Virus record (IMG/VR): IMGVR_UViG_3300048035_000135
Coordinates: 31,864-95,863 of that record
Length of the DNA stretch: 64,000 bases
From: a virus
Direction: 5' to 3' (one strand)
The notes beneath the pieces are model-generated. The model was not told the DNA's origin. It was given only the letters and a program-made list of their open reading frames with translations, and made no database searches. Shown here in pieces: positions 9,781-20,100 of the stretch. The translations under genes and the position numbers were made by a program. Every line of letters begins with the position of its first letter. Within the stretch, counting starts at the first letter, position 1.

Positions 9781-10206
9781 TTATGCCCCTGTCTTACTAT
9801 TAGTAGGTGATTTACCTTTGGTTCTATTTCCACCTTTTTTAGTATCACCTGCTTTCTTTTGGTCTGCTCGTTTTCTTCTTACAAATGCGGCTCTACCTTT
9901 CGGCCCTAACTTATTGGCTTTCTCTTTTGATAAACAAGCTGCATATGCATCACCTTTTTTACCATCACCACACTTACCTAACTTCTGGCCATCACTTCCG
10001 TATCTATCCCAGCCACCGCCATCGGTAGAACCTGTCTTACCTTTACCTAACCACTTTCTTAAATCTTCGTTCATAAGATTTTCTGTACAAAGATGTTCGT
10101 ATAAATCAGACAAAGCAAATTCAACACATAATGTTGAATCTGTTCCATTCGATGAATATGAATCAAATGATTCTTTTAAGAATTCTTTAATTTGATGTTT
10201 GTTCAT
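9781..10206 (-). CDS. Hypothetical basic protein after an acidic leader (putative head cargo)
   Basis: EFLKES...LCTENLMNE leader, then a DLRKW...GGW...KCG...CL module. Confidence 0.7.
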   Translation of the reverse strand: MNKHQIKEFLKESFDSYSSNGTDSTLCVEFALSDLYEHLCTENLMNEDLRKWLGKGKTGSTDGGGWDRYGSDGQKLGKCGDGKKGDAYAACLSKEKANKLGPKGRAAFVRRKRADQKKAGDTKKGGNRTKGKSPTNSKTGA

Positions 10207-10786
10207 TTTTAAGTTTTCCTATAAAGTTGTTTCTAAAGGTTTCAAAATCTTTATCAATTTTTTCTACCAACTCTTCTTCAGTCATACCTTCGGCCCATTC
10301 TTCAACAGAACCATCTTCATTTATGAATGAAGCTTTTAGAGTTGTTTTTAAAACTTCTTTTTCTAACTCAGCTTGTTTTAACCAAGCCTCAGCGTTAGCT
10401 AATAATTTCTTTCTTTCATATTCCTCATACTTACCTTCTAACTTTAATTTGTGTTCCATTTCTATAACACAATTTAAACACATACCATGTATAGCTTTCA
10501 TTTTTAAATCAGCTGTACCTGGTTCGGTACAATTACAAGAACTATTTTCTTTGTTGCAGTTTGGAAAATCTTTTAATTCTTCTCTGAGTTTAGAAAGTTT
10601 TCCAACTTTAACTTTGTAACCTTTTCGTTGTTCCCACTTTTGACCTTTATCATCAGTCCAAGTTTCCCCAACATCTCTTCTTTCTATAACCTTATCAGTA
10701 AATGAGATTGTTTTTTTTGTTTGGGTTTTATGCTTCCCATCCAACATCTCTTTTACTGCTTTTACATTCTTTAACTTATTTGACAT
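10187..10786 (-). CDS. Hypothetical protein with Cys cluster
   Basis: CNKENSSCNC...HGMCLNC; ATATTTATA upstream. Confidence 0.7.
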   Translation of the reverse strand: MSNKLKNVKAVKEMLDGKHKTQTKKTISFTDKVIERRDVGETWTDDKGQKWEQRKGYKVKVGKLSKLREELKDFPNCNKENSSCNCTEPGTADLKMKAIHGMCLNCVIEMEHKLKLEGKYEEYERKKLLANAEAWLKQAELEKEVLKTTLKASFINEDGSVEEWAEGMTEEELVEKIDKDFETFRNNFIGKLKNEQTSN

Positions 10787-10818
10787 AACTTTGTTTTTAT
10801 ATAAATATGGAAATTAAT

Positions 10819-13143
10819 TTAAAAATACATTAATCCTAATATTTGATTCAATGATGCAAAAGTACCAGTTAGTTTATATGTTCCACCTTTATATGTAAAC
10901 ACAATTCCTTCATTTGGTACAATCTTATCTTTACCACCTACTGCGGCTAATCTTTCCAATTCCATTCTTAGTTTTTCAATCTTTTTAACATCACCACTTT
11001 TCTGAACTGCTTTCACAGTTTTATCTAATTCAGATTTCATAGTTCTAAGCGCTTCATCAGGATTAACTGTTAATGCTGAACTCATAAATGAAAGTACATC
11101 TGCGCCAACACCTAAGAATATATCTTCAAACTTTCTAAGGTTTTGTTTAGATATCTTTGCTTTATCTTGCTTATCTGTTTTAGTTGCCCACGCTAATACT
11201 TTAGAATCTGAAATATTCTTTTTATTCAATCTGAATGAGTTATCAAAGAATGCCCATCTTTTAACTAATCCCATTTTGGTTTTGTTATCTAATGTAGATG
11301 GTGAATTTTTATCAACATATTGTTCCCACCATGCTTGATGATAATCAGCAACACCATTAGAATCTTTTAGTTTAAATTCTTTTTGGATTTTGTTTAGTTC
11401 TGAATAGTATTTACCTTGCTTCTTTGAAAGTTCTTCCGATTGTGGTAACTTAACTACAGGTGGTCCTTGGATTGTATAATTTTTTTGAACATCTTGATTG
11501 ATTTGTTTTATCATACCAGCTAAAATTTTAGCCGCTGATGTATCAGCTCCAATTGCTTTCCCATCCATATTATATTGCATTGTTCCGTGGAATACTAATA
11601 AAGGTTGTCCGTAAGGAATTACATTTACTGATGTTGGGAATATAACTTCTATATTCATAAAGGATGAACCTTGATTGAATATTTTATCTCTTTGTGCTTT
11701 TGATAATGATTTGATTGCTTTGGATAAATCTTCCATAGCAAAATTGTATGCATCTGTTAGTCCACCTCTACCTTGAAACTTAGATGCTACTCCACTAATA
11801 TCCAATGCGTTTTCACCACTATTCTTCAGATGACCACCATTACGAGCAGCGATTAAACCTTTATCATCTCTCCAACTAATAGCAAGTGCTTGTCCATCTG
11901 TTTTTTCTCTAGCGAATTCTAACTTACCATTTAATGCGTTTGATATAATTGTTTTTAAATCACCAAATGTTAGATTCATTTGTGTATCGAATGGGTGAGC
12001 CATATGTCCATATGCCCCACCTTCGGTAATCAATCCTTCGTGAATCTGAGTTTGTTCATCATCGCCATCTTTTAATCTTTGTTTTGGTGATGGTGCTTTT
12101 ACTGGTGCATCTTTTGTATCATCGATAGATTCTTCTGCACCTAAGAAATCAATTAACTTATATCCAACAGATGTAGCTACACCTTTGATTTTATCAACCC
12201 AACTTTTGTATGCTTTAGTACCTCTTAAATCAATGTATCTTTGGGATGCCGCATCTAACCCATCAATACCAGATGGAAAGTATGATACTGGATATTTATC
12301 ATCAATACTTCTTGCATCATCTGCATATATAGAATCTTCATCAGTATCTAATATATAATCAACTACCATCCAACCCAATCTTCTTGCGGTTTCATCACCA
12401 ACGGCTTTATATGATTTAGAATTACCATATGAAAATCCTGGCCCATCATCAACACCTTGTGAGTTACCACCAATTCCAACTTTAGTTGAACTTGATTCAG
12501 ATATTAACTTATTAAAATCAAATGTAGATAAAAATCTTTCCATTGTGATTTCAATCTTACCTAATCTATTTGTTAAGAACTTATATATCTTTGGGTCGAA
12601 CTTACCATAAGCTCTTTTGAATCCTGCTTTTCTGATTTCATCATCGCCTGATGATAGTGATTTCCTAACTTCAGTTCCACTAATACCTTCACCTTGCGCT
12701 GGTGCTACATAAACATATCCCTTTTCTTCATATCCTTTTTCAATTTTATCAGGATGATATGGTTCAAAGTATTTACCTTTTAATCTATATCTATCTTTTT
12801 CACCAACAACAGTAACAAATGCCGTTTTATCTTTATCGAACTTACCTATAATTTCTTTTGGGGCGTATGGGTTTTTGATTTGAACAATCTTAGATGCTGG
12901 AACTCCAAACATCTTTATCATTACCATTTTCTTTTCTTTAAACTTAAATGGTGATTTAATATTATCTGTTTTATTAGATGTACCAATATAAACATTATCT
13001 CTACCAAATTGTTTTACCAAATGGTCGTAAGTTAAATAATGTCCTTTATGAAACGGTTGAAATCTACCAGCGTAAACTACTACCTTTTTTTCTATTCCTT
13101 CAGTTAAGATTCCCTTAACCCATTCTTTAATTAATTTTCCCAT
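10819..13143 (-). CDS. HxGH nucleotidyltransferase (NMNAT/cytidylyltransferase-like) fused to an ATP-dependent ligase-fold domain
   Basis: GRFQPFHKGH and ISGTEVR in the N-terminal domain; EKTDG, NIEVI, EGIVF and YKLT in the C-terminal domain. Confidence 0.75.
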   Translation of the reverse strand: MGKLIKEWVKGILTEGIEKKVVVYAGRFQPFHKGHYLTYDHLVKQFGRDNVYIGTSNKTDNIKSPFKFKEKKMVMIKMFGVPASKIVQIKNPYAPKEIIGKFDKDKTAFVTVVGEKDRYRLKGKYFEPYHPDKIEKGYEEKGYVYVAPAQGEGISGTEVRKSLSSGDDEIRKAGFKRAYGKFDPKIYKFLTNRLGKIEITMERFLSTFDFNKLISESSSTKVGIGGNSQGVDDGPGFSYGNSKSYKAVGDETARRLGWMVVDYILDTDEDSIYADDARSIDDKYPVSYFPSGIDGLDAASQRYIDLRGTKAYKSWVDKIKGVATSVGYKLIDFLGAEESIDDTKDAPVKAPSPKQRLKDGDDEQTQIHEGLITEGGAYGHMAHPFDTQMNLTFGDLKTIISNALNGKLEFAREKTDGQALAISWRDDKGLIAARNGGHLKNSGENALDISGVASKFQGRGGLTDAYNFAMEDLSKAIKSLSKAQRDKIFNQGSSFMNIEVIFPTSVNVIPYGQPLLVFHGTMQYNMDGKAIGADTSAAKILAGMIKQINQDVQKNYTIQGPPVVKLPQSEELSKKQGKYYSELNKIQKEFKLKDSNGVADYHQAWWEQYVDKNSPSTLDNKTKMGLVKRWAFFDNSFRLNKKNISDSKVLAWATKTDKQDKAKISKQNLRKFEDIFLGVGADVLSFMSSALTVNPDEALRTMKSELDKTVKAVQKSGDVKKIEKLRMELERLAAVGGKDKIVPNEGIVFTYKGGTYKLTGTFASLNQILGLMYF

Positions 13144-13179
13144 AGTAATAAATATCCCATTTTAAATTTAAAACCCAAT

Positions 13180-13542
13180 TTATGGTTTTGGATTAGAATC
13201 TTTTACATTTTTTATAGTAGTAAACCAATTTCCAGATGTTGATAACGAACCTGATTCGTTAAGTTCGTGAAATATCATATCAAATTGTTCACGCATTGAT
13301 GGATAACTCACTCTTCTATTTTCAATAGAATTAGATTGGCTTGTTATTAATGCTGCTTCTGCTAAATTACTATCTGAATTTAATTGTTCATCTGTTGGTT
13401 GTGGAATTCCATTTACATTCCAATAAGTTATAAATATATTCGTACCATCACTTTCCATTGTAAGATTTGAATCATCACCAGTATCTAATGAACCACTCCC
13501 ATTTAACTTTAGATAAGCTTTTACTTTTTTATTAAAATCCAT
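13180..13542 (-). CDS. Tail-fibre-associated small protein (XkdW-like)
   Basis: W..NGIPQPTDEQL and YPSMREQFDMIFH...W...IKNVK..NPKP. ATG 13542 has a GGAG SD. Confidence 0.6.
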   Translation of the reverse strand: MDFNKKVKAYLKLNGSGSLDTGDDSNLTMESDGTNIFITYWNVNGIPQPTDEQLNSDSNLAEAALITSQSNSIENRRVSYPSMREQFDMIFHELNESGSLSTSGNWFTTIKNVKDSNPKP

Positions 13543-13557
13543 AATATTTTTCTCCAA

Positions 13558-14133
13558 TTAGTTATTTAGTGTATAATGTAATGCATCGAACTCTGAATAA
13601 TCACCAGGACCTACATAGAATCCTTCAAAAGAAGACCATCCCGCACTAGCGTACATAGCTACATTCCCATCACGTGATTTTAAGTAAACTTCAACAAATT
13701 CCCCTTCTTTCAGTCTAACTAATTGTGAATGTCTCAATGTATGATATTTTGCAGTACCATCCATATCAGCTGCAGTATATAATCTTTGTGGATAAGTAAT
13801 AGTTTCTCCATTCTTACGGAAAACACAATCAAATCTTTTTTGGTCTAAATTAGCATTTGCAAACATTATTAGAGTTTGGCAATAATAAACTCCACCTAAT
13901 CCAATTCGGAATCTTTTATTACTTGTATCAATTCCCATATATCCAGAATAACCATTTCCTTCTTCCCATCCATAGCTAGTTGAACTAAAATCAACTTTCG
14001 TCCAAGTTTCATCGTTGAATGTTTGTGCACCACTACTTTTTGTCATTCTCCAACTAGGTGGAATACCAGTGATATCAACGTTATAACTAGTATGAGTATC
14101 ATCTAATGGGTTTGTATATCTTCCTCTTGCCAT
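13558..14133 (-). CDS. C1q/TNF-like domain protein (fibre tip/adhesin-like)
   Basis: WTKVDF, RF...GVYY, RKNG, LVRLKEGEFVEVY and SSFEGF pattern. Confidence 0.65.
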   Translation of the reverse strand: MARGRYTNPLDDTHTSYNVDITGIPPSWRMTKSSGAQTFNDETWTKVDFSSTSYGWEEGNGYSGYMGIDTSNKRFRIGLGGVYYCQTLIMFANANLDQKRFDCVFRKNGETITYPQRLYTAADMDGTAKYHTLRHSQLVRLKEGEFVEVYLKSRDGNVAMYASAGWSSFEGFYVGPGDYSEFDALHYTLNN

Positions 14134-14156
14134 ATTATTTTCCTTTTTTATTAATT

Positions 14157-17100
14157 TTATGCAGATGGGAAGTTTTCAGCTGATACTAATGTTGCTGCTG
14201 TACTACCCATTGATGTTTGTGATAACGGTCTCGTTGCTATTATATCTAATCCTTTAAAATAAGCACCACACCTAGTCGCTTGAATTCCACCACCTGAACT
14301 ACCATCTAATGCTAAATTCATAAATAATTGAACTCTACAATATTGTGATTGCGCTTCTTCAGGTATTGTGTATGAAATTACACTACTACCTACCCTAAAC
14401 CTAGTTTTAAATACATCATCTGCTCCGTTTAAATCAAATCCACTATTTGTTATATCTGAATTTACTCTTTTCCAAACACCATGAGTATCACCAGTGACAT
14501 AATACACACCCATTGGAGAATCAGGAATATCAGTAGCTGTATAATATTGGTTAGCGCTAGTTCTTTTAAGATAATCTAATTGTAATGCAAAATCTGCATT
14601 AGCGTGCATTCCAGTGGTTGTAGAGAATGAACCCACTGCTGACATTCCTGAAATTGTAAGTCTTGTTTCATATGGTAGTAAATGAAAATACCATTGTTTC
14701 ATAAGAATCATTGTAGAACTATCTCTATCTGTCATATAATACAAATCGCCATCATTAACAACCTGTCTACCAATATTTTTAGCTTCTATTAATCCAATTT
14801 CAGTATCGAATATTTTATACACAACACCACCAGCAACTTTTCTAACATATAAGTTAGAACCTGAGATTTCACCTGATGAGTTAAGTTCGAATGCTGGTGA
14901 TGAATCTGGCGAAGCTAAATTTGTTGATGATTCAATAGAATTAGAACCTATAGTAAGTCCACCAATTGTACCATCATTTGCGTTTACAGTACCATCTACT
15001 TCTAATTTAGTACCATTCCAAGATAATTTAGAATTAGAACCAGTACCACCTAAGAAGAATGTTCCTGCATCTAAATCAATTCTTGAACCTGCGGTTGGTG
15101 ATACGTTGGTTGAATCTATTCTACCTGTTGATATAGCGTTACCTGATAGTGTAGTTGTTTTTGGAGTACCATTAACATTAAAACTTTCAATACCTATTTG
15201 CTTACCCCCAGTATCGTGGTACAACAACATAGCTGGGAAATAATCTTCATTAGTATTTAATCCACCATAACTTGTATTTGTATCATACGACCAAGCTGGT
15301 GTTGAAAAATCACTATTTACAAATATTCTATATGTAGCCCCACCATCGGACTTAAGTGTGATTTCGATTCTTAATTTTGTATCTGTTCCAGTTACCCAAG
15401 GAACATTTCCTTCTTTTGGTCCTCCTGTATATCCGATGGAATTAGATTCCCAATCCACAGTGTTAGCATTAAGAATACTACCATTTTCTATCACTCTTAC
15501 ATCATTGTAATATTGAGAAGAGTCTTGAACCGAAGTCAGATAAACACCATGTCCTATATGGTTATAGCTATCTGCTGTGGTTAAATCTAAATCTGAATCT
15601 ATATCCGTAAATCCAATGAATACATATACACCCTCAGTAGTTGTACCACGACTAGAACCACCCCCACCATCATTTACAAGAACATCCCAAACTGCAGTTG
15701 TATTGGTACTTCTTTGGAATGGTTTTCTTGTTACAATTCCTTTAGTCCATCCATTTGCATTACTACCTTGATATCGGTTATACCCTACTTGCCCAGCTGT
15801 CGATGGTATTTTGTTTTCCGTAAGATTTTGAATACGCCATCTTAGAGTAGAATCAACTGCTTGACCAAATAATTGGTCAAATGTACTAGCTGCGAAATCT
15901 TCTGGATTGGTTACTGTAACATTACCTGTAATATTTAATGTTGAGTTACCAGCATCCCAAGCAAATGCATTTGTTAATGAGAAATCTCCATTATCTCCTA
16001 TATACAAAGGAGTATCTGCTTTACTATAGTTACCTACTCCAGTAAATATTTTACCAGAATCAAATTTGATTCCAGCAATATCACCACCTGTTAGATGAAT
16101 AGCTGAACCAGTCATCTCTCCATTTGATTTTAATCGTAAATTACCATTTGTTGAATCTATTGATGTGTTTGATATAGTAAACCCACCAATCGAACCAGCT
16201 GATGCGTTTACAGTACCTGACATACTTACATTACCTGCTGAATCTAAATGGAAGTTAGAACCTGATATTTCTATTACTCCATTAGAACCGCTAATAAATT
16301 GAGTGTTAGTATTTCCAACAAAAAACTTATCTACTTCAATGTTTACATTAGAACCACTAATTAATAATGACCTATCAGTATTATTCCAAGCTAAGTAACC
16401 ACTAGTCGCTGCACTTCCACTCATTCCACTACCATTTCCACCTAAGTAGAAATTTCCACTACTATCTAAAAATGATGTGAAATCGGAAAGTAAACCATCG
16501 GTTCCTTGAATTCCATTGTGGAATCCAAACACCTGTGAATTCATTAATAATCCCGGAGAACCAATTGGTCCGATACCACTTAAACTCGCATCTAAGTATG
16601 AGAAGTCTTGGTTATTATCACCTTGCTGCCCTTGAGCTCCCTGCTTAGATTTAGATAAACTCATAGTTTTATCAACCTTTACAGTTCCAGCTGATAAATT
16701 ACCACTACCATCTTTTACTTCTTTAATTTCAATATAATCTAATCTAACTATTCCACTTTCATCAGGATGACTGGATATAAACAGTGGTGATATGTAAGCT
16801 GCGTTTGTATGAATATTTTTTGGATTATTAATATCAGGAGCTTCACCACTATTAGTTCCAGCTGATGTACCATGACCTGAGAAGTAACCTCTCTTAGTTA
16901 CCCAATCTGTACCCTCTCCATCACCAAATGAAAACCCAGCCGCTCCTATATAATGTTGACTACTAAAACTGTTAGTACCACTACTATTACGTTTTGTGGT
17001 TTCATTACTCCAACCATTTACACCTATATATACTAACCCACTACCAGCAACTCTTTTAAACCTAGCTTCAACATAATAAGTTTTAGTATCATCATAGGCA

Positions 17101-20100
17101 ACTATATCTTTACCTACTATCCAAGCCCTATCATTATCAGCATCATTACCAAATTCAACATAGTTGTTTCTTAATTCACCATCACCCGTTCCAACATTTA
17201 TAGTATCAGGATTATCAACTAAGTACCAATCGTTATCAGTTCCATTAATATCACCAGTACCATTAGTTACAAATTGATTAGTTGACCAATTCTCACCGGC
17301 GTTAGCCCCCCACCCAGTATGAGGAACACCACCACTAATTGAAGTGATTGTTACAGAACCACTATCATGCCCCATAGCAGTAACATTTAAGGATGATGAA
17401 TTAAATGAATTAAAATCGTTATCAATTGTAACTCCTGTAGAAGGTACTCCATGTGTAAAGTATTCTGTTGTTTTATCGGTTACACCTTCAAATATTGTAA
17501 CATCTGTTTCTGCCCCAACAAAACCACCTGATGGTACTGTCCCATCGCTATCAGCTCCTATAGTATGTGATTCGTTACTTAGTATAACAGTTAGTCCACC
17601 AGAACCATCAGCCCCATCAGTACCATCAGCCCCACCATCCAATGTAAATATTTTCGTACTATCACTTACACCATCTTTTGTTACACTAATTGTGATTGGG
17701 AATTTAGTTTTATTAGTTGGTGTGTTTGTTGAAAATACTAAACTACCACTAACAATCCCAGTTCCATCCGTTAGTGAAGATGGCGCTAATGTAGGTACAG
17801 TATGAGTAGCACCCGTCCCATCTGTAATCGTAACATCACTTGCTCCGATAGTACCATTAAGATTTTGTTGATTGAAAAATAATTCAATAGTGTTATCATC
17901 AGGCGTTGTTACAGAAGCTGATGCGAATGTGAATACTTGCGAATCAGATGTTAATGTAACTAACTTAGCACTAGAACCTGGAGTTCCATCATCTCCATCA
18001 TCACCTTGCAACGCTTGTGATATTGACATTGTTTTAGATAATTGAACTTGACCACCACCAGAACCTGATTCTGCTGTTATTACAATTGAACCAGTAAAAG
18101 GTGTTGTAGAAGCTGTAAGTGTAATTGTACCATTAACTTTTGTTGTTGTCATATGTGATGGAGCAGTTCTTTCAAAAGTATAATTAGAACTTCTATCTGA
18201 AGTACCTTCAAATACAATCATTTCTGTATTTGCTCCAGCAAATGATATAACATTACCTGATGAACTTACAGGAAGTGTATGTGAATCATTAGTTAGTAAT
18301 GCCGTTACTGCGTTTGTACCCGCAGCTCCATCTGCTCCACCAACAACTTTAAATATTTTTACTGAATCCGATAACCCATCTTTTGTAGCCGTAATTGTAA
18401 TAGGAAGTTTGGCTGTATTACCACCAACACCACCTGCTGATGGGCTTGATGCGAATGTGATAGAACCACTAACAATACCTGTTCCGTTTGTAACATCATT
18501 ATTATCAAATCCAAATCCAGTGATTGAATCGTTATTAACATCTCTTACATCTATATCAGAACTACCAATTGTTAAGAATCCTAAAGAACCACTTAGGTTT
18601 TGTTGTTGGAAACTGAACTCAATTGATAATGGGTCTGCCGTATTAGAGGTACTATCTTCAAACGCAAATACTTGAGAATTTAAACTACCAATTAATAATT
18701 TAGCAGCCGTTCCATCCGAACCATCTGAACCCTGTCTTGCTTTTGTTAACGACATTGTTTTAGTGATACTAACTTGCCCACCTCCTGAACCTGATGTAGC
18801 GGTTATATCAACAGAACCACTATCGTGTCCTAATGCTGATATCGTTAATACATTTTTAGTTGCTCCAGTACCTAATGCGGAAGTAACTCCAGTTCCATCC
18901 GATTTGCTATATGTGTAGATTGAAGTTCTATCGGTAACTCCTTCGAATACACTCATAGTTGTTGTACCACCAACAAACGATGCTATATTTCCATTTGAAT
19001 CTGCAGGGAAGGTGTGAGATTCATTCGATAAGAATCCATTTATTGCATCAGTACCATCAGTACCACCCGTACCACCTTCTACTTTAAATATTTTTAAACT
19101 ATCTTCTAATCCATCTTGAGTAACTGTAATCTCTAATGGTAACTTAGTTTTATCACCACTAACAGTTCCACTAAATGTAATAGAACCACTAACTAATCCA
19201 GTATTATTATTTAACGATGATGGGGCTAATGTAGGGTCGGTTAAAGGATTACCACTTTTATCTTTAATTACTATATCATTAACATCTACAGTAGCACTTA
19301 AATTTTGTTGATTGATTATTAGTTCTATAGTATCATCTATTGCAGTTGATGAGGATGCTGATGCAAATGAGAATACAGGTGAATCAGATGTGATTGTTAA
19401 CATCTTAGCCGAATCACCAGGTAATCCTGCTGCTCCTTGCTTAGATTTAGATAAACTCATAGTTTTAACTAATTGAACTTGTGCTCCACCTGAACCTGAA
19501 GTTGCTGTGATTTTTACACTTCCACTATCGTGTGATAATGCTGATATGGTAACTCTGTTATTACTATCAGATGCAGTTCCATCCCCAAACGAAGATGAAA
19601 TTACATAGTTAGAAGTTACATTTGTTAAACCCTCAAAAACTTCCATATCGGTGAACGCACCATTGAAAGATACAATGTTTCCATCATTATCAGATGCGAA
19701 TGTATGGGCCTCATTAGTTAAGAACGCAGTAACTGCATCTGTACCATCAGAACCTGCCGTACCACCCTCTACTTTAAATACTTTTATTGAATCTGTTAAA
19801 CCATCTTTAGTTGCTGAGATAGTTACAGGTAATTTATCTTTATCAGAACCTAAACCACCAGAATTGGTTGCTGCTGAGAATGATAAACTACCGCTTACAA
19901 TACCACTAAAGTTAGAATCAACATCATTATTATCTAAACTAAAGTTAGTGATGTTTGTTCCATCAGCGCCTGTAATTGTGATATCACCACTACCAATCGT
20001 AGCGTTGTTTAAGTTTTGTTGATTGAATGAGAATATAACAGATGTTGGTTCTGCAGTGTTATCACTCGCACTTAGGAATGAAAATACTTGCGAATCTACA

